Assembly (NCBI GenBank): GCA_030390025.1
Contig: CM059440.1
Span: 69,316,001 to 69,380,000 of the forward strand
DNA length: 64,000 nucleotides
Origin: Squalus acanthias
Taxonomy: Eukaryota
Reading direction: 5' to 3'
The translations under genes and the position numbers were made by a program. This document shows, one piece after another, positions 34,446 through 46,696 of this stretch. How positions within the stretch are numbered: position 1 is the first letter of the stretch; every line of letters begins with the position of its first letter. The notes under the pieces are model-generated. The model was not told the origin of the DNA. It made no database searches and was given only the letters and a program-made list of their open reading frames with translations.

Positions 34446-36817
34446 ACTATTTTCACCTCTGTCCTGTGATAGATTGAAGATGACAATCTTCATTCCCTAT
34501 TAAATCAGGAAGCTGCATCTTTGCTTTTTGAAGACCTCGACTGAGTTAGCATTTTAATAGGTGGCAGATCTTCTTAGAGTGACTGGGGTGATATCACTGC
34601 CCCCCCCCCCTGTTGTAGACAGTGTAAAGTCCAACAAGGAAATTCCAGTGTCCTCTGGGTGGTTGCCAATCCCTTTTGTTCCATTGTCCTGGGGTAGTTG
34701 TCAGGCCCTCTTGCATTCTGTCTCAGGCTCCTAATCACTCTTTAAACTTTTACTTGCCCCTCTCCCCTTTTTGTTCCTCAGCTCGCCACCTTCACTCTGT
34801 TGAAATCAAGACTCCTTGCATAGTCTCATTGTGTCCTTAGACCTCAAAACTCCTCCCTCAAGTCTTTCCCCCCCCCTTCTACTAGCTTCAAGCTTTTAAA
34901 TCCAAGCTTCGAATCACCTCATCATTATTACCTGATTTACTGCAGCTCTTTTTAACCCCGCGGTGTCTTCCAATATGGGCTTTGGTTTCTCAATAAAATA
35001 ATTTATCATTGCACTTGGCAGCATATTTCATGAGCCAAAAGCTCTTAAATATGAAACGGTAACCTGCCCTGTTTCATTTAGCTTTTGCTCACATCACTGG
35101 TTCTCTTTTTCCTGGTTGAGGACAATGTTCACTAGGTTCATCGCGCCAACACTGGAGAAAATGATGATCCACGCGTGCAACGGTAGACGTGCAAAAGCAG
35201 AGAGGGTATTTTACAAGTCTTCCCTACTCTTCCTCCATATTGTGGGATAGGTTGCTGTAATGATTGTTTAATACTGCAACCTGGGAGAGGTGACTTGAAT
35301 TCAGACCTTAAAATGCCAAATATATTTTGAAATAGTTGAGTAGAAGATTTTGCCAGAAATGTAAAACCTACAATGTCTTCTGCTGCTGTACCAATGAAAG
35401 TTGATGTTAATAGGGGCAGAATACTGGAGGAAAGTGTTAGCTGCGTCCCCTGGTGGTTTTGGTGCTATTCAGAATTTCCCACCTTGTGAAATAAGAACCT
35501 ACTAAAATTATTTAGTGCCTCTTGCTCAGCAATGCCAATTGAGGACTTATTAATGGCTTAGAATGCTGACTGGGGTTATTTTCTTTTGGGTGCAATAAAT
35601 TCTCCACAGCTGCCTGTTACTCTTGACTATGGGGCTGGAGTCTTTGGTGTAGAAATTGGTATGTATTGTGCTCATTATTCCAGCAAAGCATACCAATTTA
35701 GCAGTGGAACGACCTGCGCCCAATCTGCGCCGGCGTTGGTCCCACCGCTAAATTCACGGGACTCATTTTTTAGGCGACCCGGGCAGTCAGTCAGCACAGC
35801 CCTTCTTGTAGCATTCAGCTCTTAATTTTTATGCCAATGGTGGTTTCCAGGCCTCAGAAGGGAACCTCACGAGGATGAGCCATTATTCAGTCCAAAGGAC
35901 CATTAAACAGGTGACCGATGTGCTGTTCAGCCATGCCAGACACGATATCAATCAGTACCAGCAAATTCACAGGTAGAAGGACTTCTTCCAACTTGTACAG
36001 TCCCCTAGGACTCAGGAAATCAAATTTCAAACTTCCGGCCCTGATCCACTCCCGCGCTGGGTTGGCCTGGCAGGAAAGTGACTGCCATTTCTCGCTCAGG
36101 CCTCCAACTAAATATCTCAGGCAGGACCTTATGACGTCATCGAGACCCGACATGTATATGCTAAAAAGGACCAGGCCGGCTTTGGGCAGGTGTTGTTGCC
36201 ACCTGCGGTGGAAATTCCATCAGGTCAGCCCCATGAGGCTGCAGGGCGGGTAAGTGCCCAATTCACTTAACTGCCCACCCGTCCAGTTTCCGCCAGGTGG
36301 GTAGAGTTAACTCACCCCTATCATATAGTTGACATATATTTAGTGGTGTTTTCTCCTCAGCTTTCACGTTTTGATAGAATTAACTGAAGGCAAGTTGCTT
36401 GGGATTCAGGTTCAATCTCCCAGTGCTAATAGGTTGTCAATATGAGTTGCAGTGCTGTAAGGCAGCACGAAGTGGAGGCCAAGTAGGACAAAGAGGAAAC
36501 AAAAGGAAACTTATCCCTGGACTTCGCTTTTGTGATTTTTCATGACCAGCTCATCGTGCCACCAATATTGACAAAGGGCAGGGAGCAGGTTCTCACTCTC
36601 TCTCTGCACCTCAGATGACCATTGAAGACTGCAGGAACTCTGAAGAAGGTAAGATTTGATACCTTTGCATAAACAAGGAATGAGAAGGCAGCAACACTGG
36701 TTTCACTACACTAGCACATAGCAGCTCAATCACACCTTCTATGCTGCAGCCAATTAGTCCTATTTTTGTTGAAGAGTATATTGATCACAGAAGTCTTCCA
36801 ATCATGAGTGCTGAACA

Positions 36818-38746
36818 ATGTGGCTGGTGCTCCATATAAACTCCCCTAACCATATTCACGGCCACCTCCTCGACCTTGTCATCTCAAATGACCTCTCTAC
36901 TTCCATCATGTCAATCCCAGATAAGGCCATCTCTGATCACTTCCTTGTATTGCTCTCCATCCACATCCCCCTATCCCCCTCCCAACCCCACTTCCTTCCG
37001 TGTCCATCCCTGGAAAAAACTTTCCCCCAAGTCACTGACAACGACACTTTCAAATTTCCAACTGTCCAGCCTTTGGCCCTCCATTCACCACGGCATTTCT
37101 GCAGCTACCGATCTGCTCAATCACACCCTCACCTCCACCACTGATGCCCTTGTCCCCATTAAAAAAATTACTCTCTCTCACCCTGGTCATTCTCCCTGGT
37201 ACGGCCCTCATCTCCACTCCCTTAAGTCCAAGGAACGCAAACTTGAACGGATATGGCAGACGACATATTTAGCCATTCACCATCAGATCCGCCTGGACCA
37301 CATGAGGCACTATCGGGTCCTGCTCTTGTCTGCCAAAACTGCTCACTTATCCAGGATCATCTGGTCATTCCCCCTGGTACGGCCCCCATTTCCGCTCCCT
37401 GAAGTCCAAGGGTCACAGACTTCAACATTTATGGTGGACAACTGGTTTAGCCATTCACCGCCAGATCTGGCTGGACCACATAAAGCACTATCGGGTCCTG
37501 CTCTCCTCGGCCAAAACTGCTCACTATTCCAGGATCAACCTGGAATGCAAAGATAACCCCCGGCTTCTCTTCTCCACTACAAACCGTCTCTTAAACCCTT
37601 CTCGCCTGCCACCTCCACCCTCACCTCCAACAACAAATGCAAGGAGCTCATGGACTTTTTTGTCACTAAGATTGAGACCATCTGTTCAGCTGCCTCTGCC
37701 GCTTCCCTCCCTTCCTCATGCTCACCAATCCAAACTTCCCCCTAATATTACCCCCATCCTAGCCCTGAACTCACATCTTTCTCTAGTTTCTCTCCTTTTT
37801 CCTCCCCTCATGCCCTCTCCGATCTCATCTTATCCATGAGACACACCTCCTGCTCTTTCAACCCTATTCCTACCAAACTGCTGACAACTCAACTTCCCTT
37901 CCTGGCCCCCATGTTAGCTGATATTGTTAATGGTTCCCTCTTTTCAGGCACTGTCCCCCTCCCCTTCAAATCTGCCGTCATCACCCCCTCTCCCCACCCT
38001 TGTCCCCTCTGTCCTTGCAAACTACATCTCCAACCTCCCTTTCCTCGCCAAAGTTCTTGAACGTGTTGTCGCCTTCCAAATGCATGCCCACATTTCCCGT
38101 ATGCTTGAATCCCCTCATTCAGGTTTCCGCCCCTGCCACAGTCCTGAAATGGCTCTTATCAAAGTTACAAATGACATCCTATGTGACTGTGACCATGGTA
38201 AACTAACCCTCCTCATCCTTCTCAACCTGTCTGCAGCCTTTGACACAGTTGACCACACCATCCTCCTCCAATGCCTCTGCTCCATCGTCCAGTTGGGTGG
38301 GACCGCCCTCACCTTATCTATCCAGTCGTAGCCAGAGAATCATCTGCACTGACTTCTCGTCCCGCTCCCGCACCGTTACCTCTGGTGTCCCCCCAGGATC
38401 GATCCTTGGCCCCCTTCCTATTTCTCATCTACATGCTGCCCCTTGGTGACCTCATCCGAAAACACGTCAGGTTCCACATGCATGCTGACGACACCCAGCT
38501 CTACCTCACCAGCACTTCTCTCGACCCCTCCACTGTCTCTGATTTGTCACGCTGCTTGTCCGACATCCAGTACTGGATGAGCAGAAATTTCCTCCAGCTA
38601 AATATTGGGAAGACCGAGCCATTGTCTTTGGTCCCCGCCACAAACTCCGTTCCCTAGCCACCGACTCCATCCCTCTCCCTTGATAACGCTTCTGTGAAGC
38701 GCCTTGAGACATTAAAGGCACTAGATAAAAGCAAGTTGTTGTTGTT
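36818..38746 (+). mobile_element. L2-clade LINE ORF2 fragment (end of APE domain plus RT), internally deleted, with 3' tail
   Basis: Motifs HLLDLVISN, ISDHFLV, LNLSAAFDTVDHTILL, GVPPGSILGP and HADDTQLY; (TTG)n tail. Confidence 0.92.
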
Positions 38747-39569
38747 GGTTTAGGGAGTACTGCAGCGTCAGAGATTCTGTCCTTCACATGAGATGTCTGT
38801 CTGTTTCCGTGGTGTAGGTGGATGTTAAAGATTCCACAGCTCAATTTGAAGAACAGCATGGTGTTCTCCCAGCCTCCTAACATTCATCTCTCAACCAACA
38901 TCACAGATATTGACAGGTCATTCAATTCATTGTTGTTTGTGGGAGGTTACTAATGCATATTCGGTGTTATATTTACTTAATAAAATCAACTTCACTTCAA
39001 AAAGTAATGCATTGTGTGGCATTTGAGCATAAAGTGCTATATAAATGTAGGCGATATTTCTTGCGCGTATTTCTTGCAGCCATTATTAAAGTAACAAGAA
39101 ATACTAAGTGTATTAATGTATCCATCCTAAAAAATGTAAGCACATTTTGTACTTGTCAAGTTGAGGCATGTCAGTTATGGAAAATGGAATATTTTTCTGC
39201 TTTGGCCACCTGGTGTTAGCATTAATGATGTGCAGATGCAAAGTAAAACATCCTATCGCACCAATGTGCCATTTTCATTTCCTATGCATACCATTGTTAT
39301 GACCTAATTCAGCGAGATTACTAGTTTAGTGCTGTGCAGTCACGCCCACCAGGAATTAAGACTGCACAAGCTCATTAGATATAGGACCCTGACAACAGTC
39401 AGAGAGACACTGGCCAGCCTAATACATCGATGTAGGATTTGAGCTTATTCAGTGGGTACACTATTTCAGATGATTAATAATTGCATAGAAATTACAACGC
39501 AGAACCAGTCCATTCAGCCCAACCAGTACAGATTGGTACTTATTTCTCCACATCAGCAGTGATCCCAAC

Positions 39570-39705
39570 CAATGTTCCCTTTAAGGAGCTACGCGGGCCA
39601 TTTAAAATACCGCGCGTGCGCACTTTTACCCATTTAAAAGCCAGTGAGCCAGCTGCGCGGGAGCAGCAGAGCGCCGCGTGGCCGCGCAGCTTAAAGGGAG
39701 CATTG
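39570..39705. mobile_element. hAT-type MITE
   Basis: TIR CAATGTTCCCTTTAAG...CTTAAAGGGAGCATTG; degenerate 8-bp TSD ATCCCAAC/GTCCCCAC; same family as 17941-18096. Confidence 0.7.
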
Positions 39706-40291
39706 GTCCCCACTCCATATGCCTGTCCTGTTCCCCTATCCCTTTATCCCCTTTCCTTCCATCACCCATCTAACCTATTCTTAAATATTGACATGGTCTC
39801 TGCTTCAAATATTAATAATGCCAACATTAGATACTTTGTTTTTAGTTTACTCACAAAATATTGTAAATGATGAAATGTTTTGTGGTGCTGTATCAATCTT
39901 TAATTGCTAACAGTATTGTAAAGAGTTAGAGTTGTAGGTGTGGCAAGTTAAAAGCACACATACAGTCTGTGGAATCGATTTGTTACCGGCAAGGTTTAGT
40001 AGACCCTATGACTTTGCAGCACTTTTAACTTCAAAATTATAATTATTAATGTGGGGAGAGGTCAGCAGCACGCCTCTTTACTGCATGGACACTTCACTCG
40101 CAATTCATAGGTTCTCCGCGCCCCCCTCCAACCCCCGTACATGGAGTACATGGAAAATAGGGAAAGGAGATGATCAAAGGTGAAGCAAAGGCAAGATAGT
40201 AAAATTAAAACAGTCACTGTCTAACAACTGTTATGGGACAATGCTGCCCGAAGTCTAACAACAGCTTGCTTCCTAAACCCTCTCAGATGGG

Positions 40292-40612
40292 GAATCACAG
40301 AATCACAGAATCCCCACAGTGCAGATAGAGGCCATTCTGGCCCATCGAGCCTGCACCGACACATATCCCACCCTATCCCCGTAACCCCACATATTTAATC
40401 CCCTAACACGTAGGGTCAATTTATCATAGCCAAATCAACCTAACCTGCACATCTTTGGACTGTGGGAGGAAACCGGAGCACCCGGAGGAAACCCACGCAG
40501 ACACGGGGAGAATGTGCAAACTCCACACAGACAGTCATCCGAGGCCGGATTCGAACCCGGGTCCCTGGCGCTGTGAGGCAACAGTGCTAACCACTATGCC
40601 ACCGTGTTGCCC
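40292..40612 (-). mobile_element. HE1-like V-SINE, full length
   Basis: tRNA head GGTGGCATAGTGG / GGTTCGAATCC, V-domain TGTGGAGTTTGCACATTCTCCCCGTGTCTGCGTGGGTTTCCTCCGGGTGCTCCGGTTTCCTCCCACA, and a CR1-like (ATTCTGTG)n tail. Confidence 0.88.
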
Positions 40613-40658
40613 TTAATGATTTGTAACACAGAAAAAATAAATGAACCAAATTTGCAAG

Positions 40659-41095
40659 ATCTTGCCTCGAAGTCAGAAGGGTTGTGGGTTCATGTCCCAC
40701 TCCAGAGGCTTGAGCAAATAATACAGGCTGACACTCCAGTGCAGTGCTGAGGGAGTGCTGCACTGTCGGAGGTGCCGTCTTTCGTATGAGACGTTAAACC
40801 GAGGCCCCGTCTGCCCTCTCAGGTGGACGTAAAATATCCCATGGCACTATTTCGAAGAAGAGTAGGGGAGCTCTCCTTGGTGTCCTGGCCAATATTTATC
40901 CCTCAACCAACATCACGAAAAAACACTGGCCTATCACATTGCTGTTTGTGGAACCTTGCTGTGCGCAAAATGGTTGCCGCGTTTCCTACATTACAAAGTG
41001 ACTATACTTCAAAATGATTTCATTGGCTGTAAAGTGCTTTGGAAAATCCTGAGGTCGTGAAAGGCGCTATATAAATGCAAGCCTTTCTTTTCTTT
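40659..41095 (+). mobile_element. Deu-SINE (SacSINE1-like), near full length
   Basis: Highly similar to 15712-16160. Confidence 0.85.
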
Positions 41096-41534
41096 GGCAA
41101 GGGGGAAATCAAAAGAAAATCAGACCTTCTCAAGCATGTTGTAGCAGCTTCAGCCTGTGGAGAAAGTGTCAGGTAAAATGTCAGTTGAATGGGCCTATTT
41201 CATTCATACAGTTCCTAAAATAAACTTAGCAGATGACTGCTATATTATTACTGTCACCCTTAAGTACACTTACAATACTTAAAAGTCTCTTAAAATGACA
41301 GGGCTGGGATCTGTCCAGAAACATCAGTGCTGTTTGTTTTACTGGAGTCAGCTACAGAAATACTTCTTTTTTCATTTCAATTGTGCAAACGCATAATTGT
41401 AATTAGGAAATGAATTGGATGTATGATCCTAAACGGAACAGTATTGCATCTAATAATCACTTGACAGCAGTTCAATCCACACTTCTAAAATCCCTGGAAT
41501 CCCCTGAATCATGCAGTCTATCCACTTTCAACTG

Positions 41535-41553
41535 TTCCCTCTAGGTGGCAGCA
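41535..41553 (+). promoter_or_regulatory. Candidate CTCF-binding motif
   Basis: TTCCCTCTAGGTGGCAGCA is close to the CCASYAGRKGGCRS consensus, in apparently unique sequence; motif match only. Confidence 0.45.
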
Positions 41554-42052
41554 CAGAACTACACATTAACAGTAAAAAAAAACCAATTGTAAAGGTTAAA
41601 GGAAATATTCCCGAGTGAGGTGAAAATAAATGCTGATGGCTAACGCAAGAACATATGCATGTTTCTGATAGGTCAGCAGTCAAAAATGTAAGAGATCACT
41701 GACATTTGGAATAAAATCTAAATGCAATGAATTTAAAATGTAAGGGAACTTTCCAGTGGACAGTGTGGTAATCAAATATTAGTACCCAAAACGAGCAAGT
41801 CCCCCAGGGAGAGGGGAAAGAGGTATCGGCTGAACAATGTATACTACTTCATCAAAAATTGTCCAGGATACCACAGTGTCTCTGGTTCTGGTCCAACAAA
41901 CGACAAGATTCCAGATATTTCCAATGGGAGATTTCTAAAACTAATTTTCCAGCAGTGCTTGCATTTTCTGGCGTCACAACAATTGCAGTTGTTAAAGTGG
42001 AAACTTACAAGTGGGCAGCAATTACCTCCCATCCGTCCCCTGATGGATATAA

Positions 42053-42950
42053 TGGCCCGGATTTTGCAGTCAGTGGTGAACGCACGGTGCTTGCTGTTCA
42101 TTACACTTACACTGGCCCACAGACTTTCTGTGGGCTTTTACACTGTGACCTGCATTAATTCGAGAGCCAAAACAGCACGGCACCCTCTACAGGGGATCTG
42201 GGACCTGTGTGAACAGGGCCAGCAATGGTGTATCTCCTTAACCAATCAGATTGAAGAATCCTTACTGAGCCACGCAGAGTCGAAACCAGGAAGTGTAAGT
42301 TAGAATAGTTAATTCAATGTAAAATCATGTACAGAAAGCAAAATAAAGAGAGGGAAAGAAAGATGGTATTAAAAGAGAGAAATAAAAAAGATAGAAATAA
42401 AAATAAAAATAAATTATTTAATTTTTAATTAAAAAAAAACTCCCAATAATTAAAATCTGAAGGAATGAGACTCCACACTTGTAAAAGTTAATTTTCAAGG
42501 CCAGAGAGGTTGTTTGGCAGTAATTAAAACTTATCACACCATTAAAAACTTACTTACCTTTGAATGGACAAGCCCTTACTTTTTCTAAAAACAGAAAATG
42601 CTGGAAATACTCAGCAGGTCAGGCAGCATCAGATGCTGCCTGACCTGCTGAGTATTTCCAGCATTTTCTGTTTTTATTTCAGATTTCCAGCATCAGCAGT
42701 ATTTTGCTTTTCCCTTACTTTTTCTGGTGCGTTTAGTGGGTATCTATCATGCAAGTAGCGCAACTATATGCTGTTCCATGTGTTTCAATGCCGAGGCTCT
42801 CAGCGAAGCTTGTGGAGGAGCAGGGCAACTCAGACAGCAACTTCCTGATTTCTGCACGTGTGCAGCCGCCGGAAGCTGCTGTCCAATTTACTCTTTAATA
42901 ACGGTGCGCGTTGATAGCCTCACGTTTACTTTTGCCGCAAAATCCGGACC
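42053..42950. mobile_element. GGCC-ended MITE containing a nested palindrome
   Basis: TIR GGCCCGGATTTTGCAG...CCGCAAAATCCGGACC. Confidence 0.7.
42587..42711. mobile_element. Penelope-terminus-derived palindromic insertion
   Basis: 14-bp TSD CCCTTACTTTTTCT (42573-42586 and 42712-42725); perfect inverted arms 42586-42630 and 42632-42676; the arm matches 60974-61013. Confidence 0.88.
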
Positions 42951-43208
42951 ATTGTGCCTGCGCAAGCAGTACGCCATTCCCATTCACGTCAGTGGTGGAT
43001 GGCATATAAGACAAGGCCTTGTAGCACCATCCAAATATAAGGTGACAGGTGCACTGAGGACCTTAAAATGGGTCATGTGAGCTTTAGATTATGAAAAAAT
43101 GTTCAGGGATTTATGAAGGTAGCTCAGGGCGGACCAGAGATGTGATGCTTTCAGTGCACCAGTGTGCTGCACTATGGGGTGCTGGATGTGTGATCACTCC
43201 ATTATCAT

Positions 43209-43637
43209 TTCGTCGTCGTTGGCTTGTTCACAGATGTGATTTCCAGTAATAAAAGTAAAAAGTTTAAAGTTTATGGTTTTCCATACAGACTGCAGCATCT
43301 GACACATTAGACCCCCTGTGACCCCACATCATTGTCTCAGTTGTATTTTGCTATGTCTTTGATATTATGTCTTCCTGACTGACCTGATTGTCTCTCTGCC
43401 GAGGTGTGATAAAAGGCAGTCAGAAAGATTAACTGTAGTCGTCTGACATTGTACTCTGCACAGGCATCGTTCTCTGTCTATATATGCTGTGCCGATTTGT
43501 GTTTCTTCACTTCACCTGACGAAGGAGCAGCAGCTCCGAAAGCTTGTGATTTCAAATAAAACTGTTGGACTATAACCTGGTGTTGTGCGACTTCTCACTT
43601 TTGTCCACCCCAGTCCAACACCGGCATCTCCGCATCA
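43209..43637 (+). mobile_element. Penelope-like pseudo-LTR fragment
   Basis: Homologous to 28542-28943. Confidence 0.85.
43512..43549 (+). ncRNA. Minimal type I hammerhead ribozyme motif, intact core
   Basis: TCAC-CTGACGA-A-GGAGC-agca-GCTCC-GAAA-GC-TT-GTGA; differs from the 28818 copy only in loop II. Confidence 0.8.
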
Positions 43638-44974
43638 TTATCATTTCCCAGCATTGAAGGTTCTTGATCTTATCTGGGTTGACCAGGCGGAGGGGGAGGG
43701 GAAGGCTTTCTCTGTGCACTAGGTGGAGCAAACTGAAACCAGCATCTTTTTGGGATACATTTTGCACATTTCCTCTTGGCTGGTACCAGAGCCATTGGCA
43801 GAAGCTGGTAGGGTGGGATGGGGTTTTGTGTGTGTGGGGAGAGCGGGAGAGCGGGGAGGGGGTGGTAATATAGGTCAGATGGCCCCTCCCTTGGTTGCGG
43901 ACTGGCGTATAGTGAAAAGGTAATGCATCTGTTGTCAGTAATTGCTTCACTCGAGCAGACCTCTGTGTGGCTCTAAATGAGGAACACGTCGACAACGGCA
44001 ACCTATATATATAGATTTCAGTAAGATATCAATCACAAGTCAGTCCCTGCACTTTCAACATTATCAGGAGCTTGCTGGATGAAGGAAAGGGTTAACACTG
44101 TTATTTCACAACAAATGTTTTACACATTTTTAGTGGGTATTGTACTCCTCAGGGTGAGGGCTGTCACTGCTGGAGAATGGAATGTTTTTCCACTCGTTTT
44201 TCATCAGTTGAACTATCAAGCACTCTAGGTCAAGTACTGCACAGCTGTCTGGAGAGTAAAGCTCCCCCCCACTCTGTCCAACAATATGCTTAACCCCAAC
44301 CTTCGAGTCGTAGCCATCCCTTGAAATGCACCAGCGTGCTATTGCCTGTTCCCAAAACGGTCATCGTTATGTCGTCTCCGAGTGAAACTGTCAATTTAGT
44401 GTGACCTCATGCAGAATTACTGGCAGCTTTATGCTGTAGACATACAGCGGCCTGGAACTGGATAGACCCTGTCCAAACCCTTTTTTATCTGGGACCCTTC
44501 CGTCTGCCAGATTTATATCCGTTGTACCTGACCTGAATACAAGCCCAGGCCCCAAATGTGAAAGCACTCTGCCAGTTTAAAGGTCCATTATGATCAGGAA
44601 ATTCAGTTAGGTACAATAGAATGTCAGCCTGTAAGTTTGAGGGAATCATCAGAAATGACAATAGCAAGGATCTGCTGTGATTTTTACAACAATGTAATCA
44701 ATCACCATTGTGAAAATTAAGGCTTGGCTGCCATTATTTTAGATTTCGCACATTGGTTCTCTGTTCAAGCGCAGAAAAGTGCATTTTTCCCACACTAAAA
44801 ATGACACATGACAGCGCAGCTTTAAGCTGCAATAATTTCTTTGATATCCAGTCCTGGCGCAAATTCTGAATAAGTGCACTGTTATGCTAGATATTCTCTC
44901 GAGTTCAGCATCATACAATATTTTCCCCATAAATGGATCATATGTCCCCGACAATCAGGTATTTACCTCTACCT

Positions 44975-45171
44975 CTCTGCCTCTCTACCTCTCTTTCCTC
45001 CTTTAAGATGCTTCTTAAAACCTACCTCTTTGACCAAGCTTTTGGTCACCTGCCCTAATTTATCCTTATGTGGATCGGTGTCAAATTTGTTGTCTTAAAA
45101 TAGTCCTGTACAGCACCTTGGGACGTTTTACTACGTTAAAGGCGCTATATAAATACAAGTTGTTGTTGTTG
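44975..45171 (+). mobile_element. L2 3' tail fragment
   Basis: CTTAAAACCTACCTCTTTGACCAAGC...GGCGCTATATAAATACAAG(TTG)n; similar tails at 26352-26502 (+) and 11830-11955 (-). Confidence 0.8.
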
Positions 45172-45546
45172 TACTGCCCAACAACTAGCCCTATGATAGC
45201 ACGACCCAAGGCTGTAACAAACAAACCCCTTGGTATATGAACTGGATGAACGGGAAAATCTTTGAACATTGGATACCTCAGGCTGCCAAAGCAGTATATC
45301 TGGGGAAACAGTGTATCAATAAGTCCTGTCTAACCCTGCTCAGTTGCTTGATATGAAGTAGCTTTCATGGCAACTGTGGAGAAGCCCATTCACAGACCAT
45401 TTCATTCTCCCGTCCCCTACGTGCCCCTCCCCCCTCCCCCCCTCACTATCCCAGATGAATGAGTATAGTGTAGAGGTAGGGAAGCAGAAAAAGGGGATAA
45501 AATATTTCTCAATTCTCAAGTTTTTGTGGTACTACAACACACAATA

Positions 45547-46236
45547 GATGTTGAGTTTCCACTTGATACGCTAGTAATACCAGCGCAATCTGAGCGGAAT
45601 CATCGGGGAATTTTAAACGTGAGTTATGCCCAAAGCCATTGACGCTTGTGTTTTCCGCGAGCTTTCACGCTGGTTGAAAATTCAATTCTCACAAATCAGG
45701 CCCCACCCACAAAACTGGCCACGCCCCCCGGGTCAAAAATTGTGAGATTCCGCCAATTGCGCTGGTTCGGGAAGGCTCCTCAAATTGCGCTAATTTTCTT
45801 CGGCGCACAGGCACTAGTTGGCACGGTTTAAAAGTTTTTCATATAAAAAAATATTTAGTTTACGAAGAAACTGACTCGTGCACACCAATGAAGCTATTAA
45901 ATGGTTCAGCAGAGTCATTTTCGGCAAATCAGGTTAGTCACTGGTTGTGGACTAGATACTGATTCAAAATGCTTATTTTTTGTGATAAACCCATTTTCAG
46001 CTGTATTAATAAAACTGCACCAGGTTACCACTCTTAAATACATCAAGGATACTTTTTAATGGAAAGAAAAAAAAAGAAATGATTGCGTTCTATTACGCTG
46101 CCCGATCGCGCTGGTTCATTGAAGATTTTACGTTTGTGATTTTGCAAATTAATTTTAGCAGAAACTTGAACTGTAACCTAACCAGCGCAATTTCAAGCGC
46201 ATTTTGAAATTGTGTCCAAAGTGGAAACTCTACCTC
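45547..46236. mobile_element. MITE family A, complete copy
   Basis: GAGTTTCCACTTG...CAAAGTGGAAACTCTACC; collinear with 1-647. Confidence 0.75.
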
Positions 46237-46696
46237 AGACGGCTATTCAACTACAGGAAGCATCACACCCGACACAATCCCGTTCTGATCGGACATCCAC
46301 AAGTGCACGCTTCCTGCAAGGGTTACTGGATAGCAAAGAGGAGTGAAAACCCTGGTGACATTTCCTCTCCCTAACCCGGTGGGGGGGGGGGGGGGCATTG
46401 AGGTCAATAGTAGCACACCTACAGTTGTCCCCATTGAGTTCAGATAACTCTGACATCCCGGATGAGGGCAGTAGATATATAAATAGCATCTTCCGTACAA
46501 ACCGGGCATCTCTGTTGCGAAACTGGACGGGCACCTCCAATGTTCTGCTCGCATGAAACTTTCGTGATGTGGGTCAGCTTTTATGTGGTGTGTACGACGG
46601 GTCTCTGGAATGAACACGATTGAAACCAAAAGGAAAAAAAACACAAGACAACATAGCCCACACTGACCGGGACTCAGCAAGGTGCGTTAATCTTAC

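Noticed and set aside
40530-40612. tRNA-like sequence with A and B boxes (also at 15690-15755)
   Set aside because: These are SINE heads joined to V or Deu cores; there is no complete cloverleaf or terminator.
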